A stretch of 64,000 bases of DNA. Source: Octopus bimaculoides. Taxonomy: Eukaryota. The stretch spans positions 7,804,040-7,868,039 of the forward strand of contig NC_069000.1 of the NCBI RefSeq assembly GCF_001194135.2, given 5' to 3'. Position 1 is the first letter of the stretch. The number at the start of each line of letters is the position of its first letter. The notes beneath the pieces were generated by a model. That model had not been told where the DNA came from. It did not search any database and saw only the letters and a list, made by a program, of their open reading frames with translations. Of this stretch, positions 1 to 13,059 are shown piece by piece. Both the position numbers and the translations under genes were made by a program.

Positions 1-129
1 CTACCCTTCAATGCCATTATAAAATATACAATCATGTCATCATAATTTTGAAGCTACGAAAATAACACATGATTAATTAAAAACAATTTGAATGGAAAAG
101 TATTACATTTGACAGAGTAATCTGAATGC

Positions 130-450
130 TAAAGGGTTAAATTAGCAAATGCCGTTGTGAGATCTCGTATGACAGGAAAGTCCAACTTTGGACAAACTGA
201 CCTTACTGCAGATGTTACAAACATATTCAAAGGTGTCTGAAATTGAAGTCAAGACCTGTTTACAAAGTGTATGTTTCAAGATGGAGCATTCGATTTTCTA
301 TGTTTCAAATGCTTTATAACCAATGTACATCACTTCTTTCCAAACTGATCAATTTTCTGTCATCTGCATCCAGTCTTCACCATCCACAGTAAAAGCCTTA
401 ACCCTTTATCATTTAAACTGGCTCTATCCAGCCCAAATATTCTACCTGCT
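130..450 (-). mobile_element. RTE (BovB-type) LINE 3' ORF relic with terminal C2H2 finger
   Basis: Degenerate KAFTVDGEDWMQMTEN*SVWKEVMYIGYKAFE ... CNICSKVSLSKVGLSCHTRSH. Confidence 0.6.
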
Positions 451-664
451 TTATGTTCAAACTGGCCAGATTTGGCCTCCAACACCTACCTACCCTACAA
501 TCTCATTCTAAAAATAAACAATCACATCAGCAAAATCTGAAACCTATGAGATAATGTGTGATTAATTCAAAATTATGTGAATCAGTAAGCATTATATTTG
601 TCAGAGAAATCTGAATGGTAAAGGACTAAGAGTGTTTCTGACAATGTCCTTAAAATATTAAATA

Positions 665-1407
665 AACGGGTGCAAGCATAGCTGTGTGGTAAGAAGTTTG
701 TTTCCCACTCACATGGTTCTACAGGGTGATTCAAAAGTCTCCATACACAGGAAAAATTTCTTTTTTTATAAGAAACAGTTTATAAGATCCCCTAGATTCC
801 CTGATCTGACCCCGCTTGATTTCTATCTTTGGGGGCATTTGAAAGGCATGGTGTATCATGGAAAGATAGAAGACATAAATCATTTGAAGGAATGCATCAC
901 CAACTCAATTTGCACACATATCACCAGATGTGCTATTACGAGATCACAATGAATGGGGTAAACATATTGCAATGTGTATTCAAAACAATGGTAACCATAC
1001 AGAGCCTGTTCTTATAAACTGTTTCTTATAAAAAGATAAATTGTTCTTATGATGGCGACTTTTGAATCACCTGGTAGATTCAGTCTCATTGCATGACACC
1101 TTGGGCAAGTGTCTTCTACTATAGCCTTGGGCTGACCAAAGCCTTATGAGTGGATTTGATAGACAGAAACTAAAAGAAGCCCATCATGTATGTGTATATG
1201 TGTGTGTGTCTTTGTCCCCCGACCACCACTTGAGAACTGGTGTTGGTGTGTTTATATCCCCTTAACTTAGCAGTTCAGCAAGAGGCATAGAATAAGTACC
1301 AGGCTTTTTTTTAAAAAAAAGTACTAGAGTTGATTCATTTGACTAAAAATTCTTCAAGGCAATGCCCCTGCCTGGCCACAGCCTAATGACTGAAACAAGA
1401 TAAAGAA

Positions 1408-1410
<3 letters not shown>
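665..1410 (+). mobile_element. tRNA-derived SINE (octopus-type family A), split by the mariner insertion
   Basis: Head GCTGTGTGGTAAGAAG...CATGGTTC resumes after the insertion as GATTCAGTC...CACCTTGGGCAAGTGTC. Same family as the intact copy at 49490-49868. Confidence 0.85.
722..1074 (+). mobile_element. Internally deleted Tc1/mariner element (rosa/DD41D-like motif) with about 65-bp TIRs and TA target duplication
   Basis: TA|CAGGGTGATTCAAAAGTC...GACTTTTGAATCACCTGG|TA. Inner TIR block TTTTTATAAGAAACAGTTTATAAGA is mirrored. Residual peptide PDLTPLDFYLWGHLKGMVY. Confidence 0.85.
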
Positions 1411-1445
<35 letters not shown>

Positions 1446-2567
1446 ACACACACATACACTCTTGCAATACTACATGTACCTCAGTCGCCTATATCTCTCT
1501 TAACTATCATATGTAGGAACCAATTGTGACTACATACCACCGTCACCCTCAACACATCATGACTACACATCACCACATCACATTATCATGACTCCACATT
1601 ACAGTCAACCTGAGTGAGTGAGTGAGTGTGTGGTTATGTATTTCCCATCCACGTCTGAAGACACTACCCGGCCGTCACCCCACCCCACACACTGATCTAA
1701 CATTCTACTAATTACAGAAGGCAATTGAATGTTGGTGTTAAGTTGTCTGTGCGTCTCCCAGCAAGAGAGGACACTCACAAATGGCTCCAGCATTACAAGT
1801 GTCAACACTTTACCACTTCACTGCATCTAATCAAGACACTTAACTAAGATTCTAGTGGTCAACATTCAGCCACAGACAACACACTATTGTAAGCTGAACC
1901 AACACAATATAAACCAGTCCTCACTGACTCATATTTCAGAACATATTGTGACAGATTTACTAACATCACACCAATGGTGTTTGAAGAGCCATAGGTCAGC
2001 TGTGATCCAGCAGATATGTTGTCAAAGACATTTCAGCTTTGACCATCACATCTATAATTCAAATCTAGTGTATCTAGAATGACATTATCATGTTCTCTGT
2101 TAAACTAATGAGTGCATAATTAGATTTCATTGTCATTCCCGTAACAATGTTAATTATCTACCAAAAAATAGAACTGATATTTTTTCTGCCTCTGCAATAC
2201 ATTTTTCAGTATCTCCTGTAGATATGGTTTTCATATCCTCCACTTTTTACAACTGACAATTTTTCAGATTTTCTTGATTTTCTTTTTTTTCTTCTTTTTT
2301 TTTCTTTTTTTTCCCCACATATTTCATTAAATATCCCTTTACAGAGCAAGAATCAAATATTTTGAATGGTGGACATGAAAACCATACTGTCAGGAGATAC
2401 TGAAAAAAGTATTGCAGAAGTAGAAAATACGAATTCTATTTTTGGGTGAATAACTAATACCATTACAAGAATAACCATGAAATTTAATTACACACTCAAA
2501 GGGCAAAAGACCAATGGAATAAAGCAAGATTGAACTCACATTGACATCACAGCAAAAAAAAACATAC

Positions 2568-2614
2568 CTGGTTTTACTGACCAAACCTGTCAATCCTCTT
2601 CCGTGCCACCTCAT
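2568..2614 (-). CDS. Candidate 47-nt exon (MRWHGRGLTGLVSKT or xEVARKRIDRFGQ*)
   Basis: Pyrimidine-rich catttcag acceptor and CAG|gtatgt donor; reading frame ambiguous. Confidence 0.3.
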
Positions 2615-2889
2615 CTGAAATGTGGTGTGGGAGGGAATGGAACTGAAGAATAAAGGATGGGGAGGTAATGGTAGTAAGGGGGAAATGATATTGATTGTGA
2701 ACCAATCAAGTTCCACACAAAAAGATCAACAAAAGTCTGAATCATGAACCTGGGAGAAGGGAGAGTCCTTTCCAACCATTGCCACTATCACAACCATCAG
2801 AATCACCATCATCATCATCATCATCAATTACAACCAACATCAACAGTACCACCCCACCCTATTATGGTGGGTTTAGTTACATTGTGTTC

Positions 2890-3960
2890 ATTTAATGTGC
2901 TGGTGTGTCAGTATGTCTGTGTGGATATGTCAATCGGAGAGTACGTGTGTGTATATGTATATTGGTGTGTGTGCACATGCGTATGTATATCAGTACATGT
3001 GTGCATATGTATTTTGGTGCGTGTGTGTGTATGTATTTCGGTGCATGTGCGCGTATGTATATTGGTGTGTGTGTGTATCGGTGTATGTGTGCATGTATGT
3101 ATATCAGTGTGTGTGTGTGCATGTAGTATATCAGTGTGTATCGGTGTGTGTATGTGTTTATATCAGTGTGTGTGTATGTATGTATATATGTATGTGTGTG
3201 TGCGTATGTGTGTATGTGTGCGTATGTATATATATATATATATGTGTTTATATCAGTGTGTGTGTATATATCAGAGTGTGTGTATGTGTATGCATGTGTG
3301 TGTGTGTGCGTATGTATATATTGGTGTGTATATCAGTATGTTTGTATGGTGTAGCGTATGTGTGTGTGCATGGAGATGTAAGTGTGTATATTGGTGTGTG
3401 TGTGTATTGGGGGGGTATATATATGTGTGTTGATGTTTGTATGTGTGTTTGTAAGGTGTGGTGTATGCATGTGCATGCAGATGTGTGTGTGTGTGTGTGT
3501 GTGTGTACATGTATACCTGTGTGAAGTTACTAATGTTGCATGTAAAGGTGATGCACTGTCTGCACTGGTAACCATGGTTACACACACATCTGCTGCAGAG
3601 AGGAGATGAGTCAGTGGATAGCAACATGGAGGGAGTGGGGGCGGGGTGCCTTAGGTCACTCAATGATGGAGCGGGGTACCTAGACAGCATGGCTGCTTAT
3701 GGTGGAGATCGCTTCTGATTAACAACTTTGATTGTTGTGTCTATGTGTGTATGTATACATGTTTCATGTGTGTGTGTGCGTGCGCGTGTCTGTGTACACA
3801 TGTATGTGTGTTCATGTATATATGCATGTGTACATGTCTATACATGTCTATGTATGTATATACATATGTGTGCATGTGTACATGTTGGTTTATATGCGTG
3901 TATATGTGTACATGCGGTGTATGTACAATGTGTGCACATGCACGCACACGCACAACATGG
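2890..3960. repeat. (GT)n/(GTAT)n low-complexity tract; similar di/trinucleotide tracts throughout (e.g. 4325-4500, 6870-7080, 27630-27900, 63300-63700)
   Basis: Direct inspection. Confidence 0.95.
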
Positions 3961-4719
3961 AAATCAGAACTGCAAGTCTGTCCAAAGTAATACTACATGT
4001 AGATTGTAAATTAGGGTTGATAAAACGGAATCCCAGTAATACTATGGGGGATCTTCTGCTGTTTGGTAAGAAAGGATGAGATTCCATTTTCTTGCTGGAA
4101 CTATTTCATATCATTTAGTATCCCTAATAGCAGCAAGAAGGGCATGAATATCACAATGTAACACACTATTGTCAGGGAAAAGAGAAAGAGAGGAAAGTCT
4201 GAAGTATTAGAGTACCCAATCCAGTAGGTAGCAAGTCAAGGTTCAAATCCAATAGTAGGCTATAAAATACCAACCAGTGATTAACTGGGGCTTGAATCAA
4301 TAGACAGTGGCACACACAGCAGAGACAATGATGATGATGGTGATAAGATTGGGGATGATAATAATGATGATGACAGTGATGACGATGATGGTGGTGATGA
4401 TGACGGTGATGACAACAATGGTGGTGATGACAACGATGACGGTGAAGACAGTGATGACGACGATGATGGTGATGATGATTATCATCGTCATCATCGTTTT
4501 AGTTCTTTTGTCTTAGAGAAACATACTGCAGTCGAATCAAAACATCAAAGAGACAAACCCTTGTCAATACCACCACCACCACTACAATTATTGCTAGGTT
4601 TATATGGGCATCAAACACAAACATTGTGGCAGAAATGTTCATTCTGCTGTTGTTGCAGAAAGTTTCCATAGAAACCGGCAAATGAGAAATAAAGAAAGAA
4701 AGGAGTAGCTCTCCCTTTT

Positions 4720-4756
<37 letters not shown>

Positions 4757-6134
4757 CCCTATCACACACACATTAACACACCTTTAAACACGCACCACCA
4801 CCACACAAAGCCATAAACACATCACCACCACTACTACTACTACTACTCACAATTACACATACATCAACACTACCACAGACTATCACACATCCACCAACAG
4901 ATCATACACATCCAATAGAGAGTTGATTAAATGTTAAGTTTTGTACCCCATAGCTCAGTGTTCAAACCCCCACCTAAACCAAGTTGTTCTTCTTGTGCAG
5001 CTTCAATGAAATATGTACCAGTAATACAATGAGCTGCAATTAACTACTTGCTCTCTCAAAACTGTCATGCATCATCGGCACATTATCATCAATACATTAT
5101 CATCATTATTATTCATGCCAGGTACAAATGCTGAATGGTATTTCCTTCAGCTTTATGTTCCAAGTTCAAATACTGCTGAGGTTGGAGGTTGATTAACATG
5201 CTATAATTAATGCGATCAATTCCTTTACTAAATACAAACTTAATTGAAGAAATTATCATTATTAATTATAAGAAATACATACATCAGTGTTTAACATCCA
5301 CTTTTCCATGCTTGTAACAGTCAGACAGATTTTCTACAGCCAGATGTTGCCTTTCCTGCTTGCCCACCCTACCTGTTTCCAAGCAAAGTAATATTCCCCC
5401 ATGACCAGATATGTTGAGAACCATTGCCATAGACCCCAAAACTTGACTGCAACTTTATCAACCCCAAAAAGACAGTGAAAGGCAAAGATAACTTTGGTAG
5501 GGCTTGAACTCAGAACAAATACCACAAAGCATTCTATTTTTCAATACTCTAATGTTTCTGCCAATTCACCATCCTGATATACCAATTTAATTAATGATGA
5601 CTTAATTATTGCTGGTTTACATCATTAGTGAAGCTCAAATAGGTATAAATCAGCTGCTTAGTTTAACATCAATCATTACTCCCCAATGGGCTCTATTAAT
5701 GAAACCAAGATAGATGTAGCCTGTTGCTCAGTTTAGTACCACTACCTCCCTATGGCCCCTATTAGTAGAGCTTAGATAGACATAGCCAGTTACTGTTTAA
5801 CAACACTACCCCTCATGGCCCCTTTTAATGGAACCCAGACAGACATAGCCTGTTACTCCATTTAACACCACTACCCTTCACAGTTCCCTAGCCTGCTGCT
5901 CAGTTTAACACACTACTCTGCTCCCATCCATGGTCCCTACTAGTAAAGCCCTCCCTGACAACCATTCAGAGGTGACCTCCAGCTCTTCACCTCCCATTAA
6001 CCCATACCCTTCAATGTGGTGGTCAGGTCTTAATTTATAAATCATTATAAAAAGCAATCATCTCTGCTTACCGAGAAAGGAATAAATGCCACAGCACCAT
6101 TAACTCTAAAAGCCTTTCATATCTATACTATAAC

Positions 6135-6370
6135 ATTATTATTATTGTTCATTAGTTTTATTTTTATAACGTGCTTTCACTCCACTACCGAGCGCAGCTC
6201 TGTGCGCCTTGGGTATGTGCTGTGGTTTGCTGTGGTGCTCTTATGGTTACTGTATTGAAAGTGTTTTGCATAGGATGTGTGCAGTACCCAGTAGTGCAAT
6301 TTTCTGTATGTTATATATATTTGTAAGTCCTGGTATTTTTGTTATGTATTTGTCTGAATATTTCTGTTTT
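6135..6370 (-). mobile_element. R4/Dong-like (REL-endonuclease) non-LTR retrotransposon 3' end with (TAA)n tail
   Basis: KIPGLTNIYNIQKIALLGTAHILCKTLSIQ* matches the QKxxLLGTAHILR C-terminal motif. Confidence 0.7.
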
Positions 6371-6564
6371 TATTATTATTATTATTCGGGAGATAATCAA
6401 GCTATCGTTTTTTGAAATATAACGTGTCTTGAATGGCACAGCAATTCAGAGTGGATTATAATAACTGTCATAATTTAATTATTCATAGCCTGATATATTT
6501 CAGAATATAGAAATTCCATCTTCGGATATGGCTAGGAATTGATCGAGTTATTGTTGTCATCAAG

Positions 6565-6780
6565 GTGGTGAGTTGGCAGAATTGTTAGTATGCCAGACGA
6601 AATGCTTAGCGGTATTTCATCCATCTTTGCATTCTGAGGACAAATTCTGCCGAGGTCAACTTTGCCTTTCATCCTGTCGGGGGTCAATGGAATAAATACC
6701 AGTTGAGTACTGGAGTTGATGTAATCGACTAGACCCCCCCTCCCACAAAATTTCAGGCATTGTGCTTTTAGTAGAAAGAA
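6565..6780 (+). mobile_element. SINE family B (GGTGGCGAGCTGGCAGAA...GAGGTCGACTTTGCCTTTCATCC); other copies near 5400-5580, 9200-9410, 9440-9660, 15985-16150, 16530-16980, 39190-39300, 42300-42530, 51340-51490, 56050-56230, 62660-62820
   Basis: More than ten recognisably homologous copies in both orientations. Confidence 0.85.
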
Positions 6781-8422
6781 CTATTGTTGTTGTTGTTGTT
6801 GCTGTTATGAAGCAAGAATCCATAAAAAAATAATAATCTGAGTCATGTTGTTACAGTAGAAAGATGTGGTAGTGGTGGCGGTGGGTTATTGTGGTAGTGG
6901 TGGCGGTGGGTTATTGTAATAGTGGTGGTGGTGGTGGTGATGGTGTAGTATAAGCGGGGGATGGGGGGTGGGGTGGAAGTGGAATGTTATTAGTGAGGTG
7001 GTGTAGTAATGGTAGTGTTGTTTTTCGTGGTGGTGAGGTGTTGTGGTGATGGTGTAATAATAATGTTGATGTGTGAGGTGGTGAGGTATACATACATACA
7101 TATATATACCAGCATGAGTTGGCTGGAATTCACCCTCTTTGTTTTCATTATGTATCAGTGACAATACACACAAACATAGCTTGATACATTTGTATGTTTC
7201 AGATATAGTGATGAGAACCAGTCAAAAGTTCAGGTCCAGTAAGACTAGCTGCTAATAGATACCACTTAGAGAGAGATACAGACCATCTAGCTGTCAATAG
7301 GTACCATGCAGAGAGAGAGAGAGAGAGAGAGAGGGGCACAGATCACCTGGTTGCCAACAGATACCATGTTAAGACAGGTCAATAGGTTAGATATGGAGGT
7401 ACATCACATAAATACCTACCAGAATTTGTGAAATATACACTCTGGGTAGGTACACTACATCCAGCCGTAAATATATGCCACTGGGATAATCATAGTGTGG
7501 CTGGGTTCTAATATTGCTACCTGTAGTTGTTGATGGGTCCCTAAACAGGGTCAGTATACCATGATACATGGAGACAGGATGACAGAGATGAGTGACACTA
7601 CCACATCAGTCAACATTAATCAGGAAGCATCAGTCAACATATTAACCAGGAAGCATCACTCAAGAAGTCATCATACCTCAGCTACTTAGACACAACTGTG
7701 AGCCAATAAAACAACTAAGCCAACAAGGGAGCCTCTACATGATCAGTCAAATTGTCAGAAACAACAACCAAATTTCCTCAAACCATATACTACCCCCTAG
7801 GAAAATAGAAGACATGTATTATGTAGTCCTAAATATACAACAGATGGGGGATGGTTATGGTTAGAATGCATTTAGTTATAAAGCTGAACAACCAGAGCTA
7901 ACCGGCGGCGGTGGTGGTATGGTAGTGGGGAGGTATATAAGCCAGAATGAGTTAGCTGGAATTCACCCTTTGTTTTCATTGTGTTTCAGTGACAAATATA
8001 TCTTGTGATATTTTACTGACACTGAGAAACAGCTAAAAGTTTGAGTCCCGGGTAAAGCTAGCTGTCAATAAGTACCATGTAGAGAGAGGTACAGTCCTTT
8101 TAGCTGTCAATAGCTACCACATAAAGAGAGGTACAGATCACCTTGCCATCGATAGGCACTATGTAAAGAGAGGTACACACCACCTGGCTGTCAACAGGTA
8201 ACATGTAGACAGATCCCTAGCTGTTAATAGGTTAGATATGGGAGAACAGCTGGACTAAAAACTGACCAAATAAATATTTCTATCTTCACAACTGAGTTAT
8301 GAAGATAGAAAATGACTTTCAGTCCCCTAACAAAACAATATCTAGCCCCAGATGTAAGGAGGTCAACCTCAAGGAGGTCAACCTCAAGGAGGTCAACCTC
8401 AAGGAGGTTCCCTGACATTCAC

Positions 8423-8473
8423 CATGGAGCGTAGGGGTCACTCATACTCAAAGGAGTTACACTTGGAGTCAAT
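8423..8473 (-). CDS. Candidate 51-nt exon (LTPSVTPLSMSDPYAP in phase 2, or IDSKCNSFEYE* in phase 0)
   Basis: ttgcag acceptor (weak pyrimidine tract), ATG|gtgaat donor. Confidence 0.2.
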
Positions 8474-9877
8474 CTGCAACACCCAGTTTTCAATGTTAGC
8501 AGTGATAAATCATTAGTGACATCTCTAATTACAGTTGGTAATTAGTGAATGCAAGTTAAATTGTTATCATGGCAACAAAAATCATTAAACCATTCACTTC
8601 AAAGGCACAAGCACCACAACTTTTCTGTTTACAATAATATCAAGAAATAAAATGATGTGCTATGTTTTTGATGAATTTTTTTTGTTTGTGTGTTTTTGAT
8701 GAAATTTTTTTGTATATGTGCTTGCTAACAAATCTAACAGCTCACCACAGGGCTGGATTAAGACCCATTGAGGCCTTAAGCACTTAAATGATTTTGGTGC
8801 CACCATATATATGTAATTCAAAATTTAAACAATAATAAGCCATAAAATGATTTTTTTTTTGTTTCTCAAAATGAAACAAAACAGAGTAAGGATGGGAGAA
8901 AATGTTTATTTTAGCTTTTTATGCTTCCACTTTATATTTGAAAAGTTTTCTCCTACTTTTTTCTAATTGTAAAGTCTTCAATCAAATCCTCACTACGACA
9001 CCATGAACACTTTGAAATTATATTTCCGATCATATACACTACCTCGAATATTATTTTAGCAAGTTTAAAGTGATTTCTATTGTGCCGTAAACAATTTATC
9101 ATTTCTGTGGTGCCCTCACTCCCTTTGACCCCCCTAAGCATGTGCTTATTTTGATTAATGGTTAATCCAGTGCTGGCTCGCCACCTTAATAATGATAATA
9201 ATGGTTTTAAATTTTGGCTCAAGGCTAGCAATTTCAAGGGAGAGGGTAAATCAATTACATCAAACCCAGTTCTCAACTGGTACTTATTTTATTGACCCCA
9301 AAAGGATGAAAGGCAAAGTTGACTTCAGCGGAATTTGAACTCAGAACAGGCGAAACACTGCTAAGCATTTCGTCCAGCGTGCTAATGATTCTGCCAACTC
9401 GCCACCTTATTTTTTTCATCTAATAATGATAATTGTTGTTTCTGATTTAGGTACAAGTCCAGTAATTTTAGGGGAGGCAGGGTTTAGTCAAGCACTCCAG
9501 CTCTCAGTACTTTAGTGGGACTTTATTTTATTGATCCTGAAGGATAAAAGTCAAAGTTAGCTTAGGCAGGATTTGAACTCAGAATATAAGTAACTGGAAG
9601 AAATACCACAAGGCACTCTTTTCGAAGCACTAACAATTCTGCAAACTACAACCCTTCTAATAATAATAATAATAATTTATACATATATTTACATAATGTA
9701 TATTATATAAACATAAACATCACACCCACTCTCTTTAGTCACTGAGCTTAGTCATGCTCAGTGTGTTTTTATTGTGGTTTGCAGAAAACAAGTGTGAGAA
9801 AGAGATGTTCATCTGTGCAAAGGTAATAAAGACTATGTAGTGTGTATCATGATGTATGGTAAAGAATGTGTAAAGAA

Positions 9878-9911
<34 letters not shown>

Positions 9912-10197
9912 TGTCTATGTGTGTGTGTGTATATATGCATGTGTGTATATATATATCATCATCATCATCATCGTTTAACGTCCGCTTTCCATGCTAGCAT
10001 GGGTTCGACGATTTGACTGAGGACTGGTGAAACCGAATGGCAACACCAGGCTCCAATCTAAATTTGGCAGAGTTTCTACAGCTGGATGCCCTTCCTAACG
10101 CCAACCACATATATATATAGATATAGATAGATATATGTGGCAAATGAGAAGTTACACTGTGGAGCTGTTATTTTAACAAGTTGTGTTTATTTATCAC

Positions 10198-10352
10198 CTG
10201 ATGAGATACATCTGCCCCGCCGGATGCTCCTGAACCAGTTGTTGAGTGTCCCACCCGTGAGGGATCAATGATAGATGTGTCGAAACAATTGTCATGATTA
10301 ACAATAAATTCTTGTATATTCCATCTCTCGTTTGCCATATACATAACGATCA
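10198..10352 (-). CDS. Candidate coding exon of an unidentified gene (IVMYMANERWNIQEFIVNHDNCFDTSIIDPSRVGHSTTGSGASGGADVSHQ)
   Basis: tttcacag acceptor, CAG|gtgata donor, open phase 1->0 frame, complex non-repeat sequence. No family recognised. Confidence 0.45.
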
Positions 10353-11232
10353 CTGTGAAAGTGACCGTGCTTTACCAGTAAGCTACTAGGTGTAAACCAT
10401 TTGTTTTATTATAGATATATATTAGAGAGAGAGAGAGAGATGTGTATAGTGATGTGTCTACAGAGAACAATTAATAAGTGGTATTATGTGAGGTGATGAA
10501 AATACTGTTGTAGGCCAATGGGAAAAGTAAAAGTTTGGTTAGAATTAAGAAAGTTGGATCCCATAGAAGTATTGTATATACCCAGCCGTGTCCCCTAGCT
10601 CCACCTACCTCTGGTTGTAGCCACCTCACTCCATCTCTGGTTGCTGCCCTTCACCTCACCTCTGGTCACGACCCTTCACACCACCTCCGGTTGCAACCCC
10701 TCATTCCATCTGCATCTAGGGGTCACACTACTACTACTACTACTACAACAAGCCTCCAGTTCACTTCCCTGACACCACAACCCTACATCCCCATTATAGT
10801 TGTGGGGACAGAGTAAATGATCTGAAGAAGACCCCATTCCTATCAGTAAAACGGGGTAGCATAGATTTCGAAAAAAACTATCAGATACCTAAATCAATTT
10901 AGACATCCAAAAAGAGAGGGAAGAAAGAGAAAAGAGAGAGGGAGGGAGATAGACTGAGAAGGAACATATCAGTTAGGGACCCCAACAATTCTGGTCTAAC
11001 TAATCCCTTACAAGTCTTCCCCCTCACCTTGTTCATAGTCTATGTTTTTTATTACACCCCCCTCCTCTTGTCTACAAAGAATTAACTTGACACCCACACA
11101 CAGATGTATGTAGTTACATTATAATATATACGTACATACATACACACATTTGTCCCAGAAATGTATAAGTTTTTCCCAAATGAAACTGACTTAAATGAGG
11201 TTTTACTTACGGGACACACAACATACATATAC

Positions 11233-11267
<35 letters not shown>

Positions 11268-11390
11268 GTTCAGTAAGGCAGGGGCTAGGAGAAAAGATTG
11301 GGGTTTATTTTACTGTTATCTTAGAGATAGTAGGGAGCTGATAAAGCTCCTTTAGAAACTTGGGACCATAATTGAAATGATGTGTGTGTG

Positions 11391-11459
<69 letters not shown>

Positions 11460-12149
11460 GAGTACACCCACACACACCCACAGTTTGGTAACTAGAGCAA
11501 CAGACCTGCACACACACATACACAGAGACAGACAGTAGTCTTAATATCTAGATCATATCTTTTGCTCTTTAGAGTTGAAATCCTGCTAAACACAGCTTTC
11601 CGTGCAATCCTTTGTGGGATTGGCAGAGTAGCTGGAAACAATCTGGATAAATGATTTTATATATGACCTTATACATCTGTATACATATATACATACCTAC
11701 AAGTGTGTATAGGCATATGTACATTATATACATATATATTTGTAAGGACATACATTTATATATATATATATACACATACATACATATATATACATACAAA
11801 GATGAACATGAACATTCTTACATATACACATGTATGCATACATATATACAAGTATACACAGGTTCCATCACCTTTCAACACCCTATACTCCTTTGTACAG
11901 TTGTCAACCTCCATATTTATCAAACCTCTACCAATGCAATATTTTCCCTTTTACACACAACATTTGATTCCTCATATCTTGTTTTTTACTCTGTTGTTCA
12001 TGCACATGGATGTTGCACATGCAATGGTGCATACAAGCTTCATTCCTCTCTAATCTTTGCAACTCCTCTGCATTCAGGGTCCACATTTCAATTATCATGC
12101 AACATTACAGATCATACGCAAGCATCATAAAATCTGCTTTTCACTCCAA

Positions 12150-13040
12150 TAAAGAAATCCTTTGTAACCAACAGAGGTAATAATTCCTGAACATTCACCA
12201 CCTTATTCTTATTTGCAATGCTACACTTTCAGAACACTGCCATCCCCATTGATAGTTAGGTCTCCCAGATAACAGAAGCTATCAACTACTTCTAGAGAGC
12301 CATCTAGACATTTGGGAAAATCTATTTCCCATGCACTCAATGTTTGTTCCTGTGCACCTGCAACATACAGCATTCCTTCTTTAATGACTGGCCTGTGATT
12401 CCATCAGACCTTGTAGATACACAGCATGGAATTCCTACCTACTTTTTTAAGTAAACATAGCCATTTCCCTGATGGATGTAGGATCCTGTCTACTTTTCTA
12501 CTGATATCTAAGTCTCTACTAAGTTAACTTTAGGGTTTCTAGATTCAAGGTTTTGATTCCTCATCTGGAATTTCTTCTCTAATTCTACTAAAGCTCCTTA
12601 AGACAGCTGATCTTAAACACCTGTGTTATGGCTTGGAAGACTATATTAAATAGAAAAGGGCTGAGAATTGCATTCTTCTGAGCCCCTACCTGCACGCTAC
12701 ATTTTGTTCTATTTTTACTGTGATAGCAAAGTATTGCTCTCACCTTGCTATTAGCATTTCTGTACATGGTTGTGCTGTCTTCATAAACCTTCTAACATCC
12801 TTAGTGAACACAAAATTATAGAGAGTAGAACCCTGTCAAAGGCTTTCTCCAAGTTAATGAATGCTAGGCACAGTGGCTTACTGCCAGCTAAGTACTCAGT
12901 TATCTCACTAGAAAGAAGGCATCTGAATACAAAACAAAACAATACTTCTGAATACAAAACAAACTGCATTTCATCTTGGCTAATTCTCTTCTCATCAATT
13001 GAGCTAATAACTCTTTCTATAACTTAAGTCCAATAATTTG
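12150..13040 (-). mobile_element. RTE LINE reverse-transcriptase relic
   Basis: KPLCLAFINLEKAFDRV, LEVVDSFCYLGD, ELLPLLVTKG with frameshifts and stops. Confidence 0.8.
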
Positions 13041-13059
13041 CTACCTCTATAGTTTCCTC

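Noticed and set aside
135-270. C2H2 finger as a host-gene terminal exon
   Set aside because: Contiguous upstream sequence continues as degenerate RTE ORF, so it is the LINE C-terminal finger.
2344-2447. Apparent plus-strand exon after a pyrimidine tract
   Set aside because: Stops in all frames; the sequence is one arm of the inverted repeat.
2744-4079. Long Cys/Val/Tyr/His-rich ORFs (up to 229 aa)
   Set aside because: Translations of (GT)n/(GTAT)n microsatellite, open in several frames on both strands.
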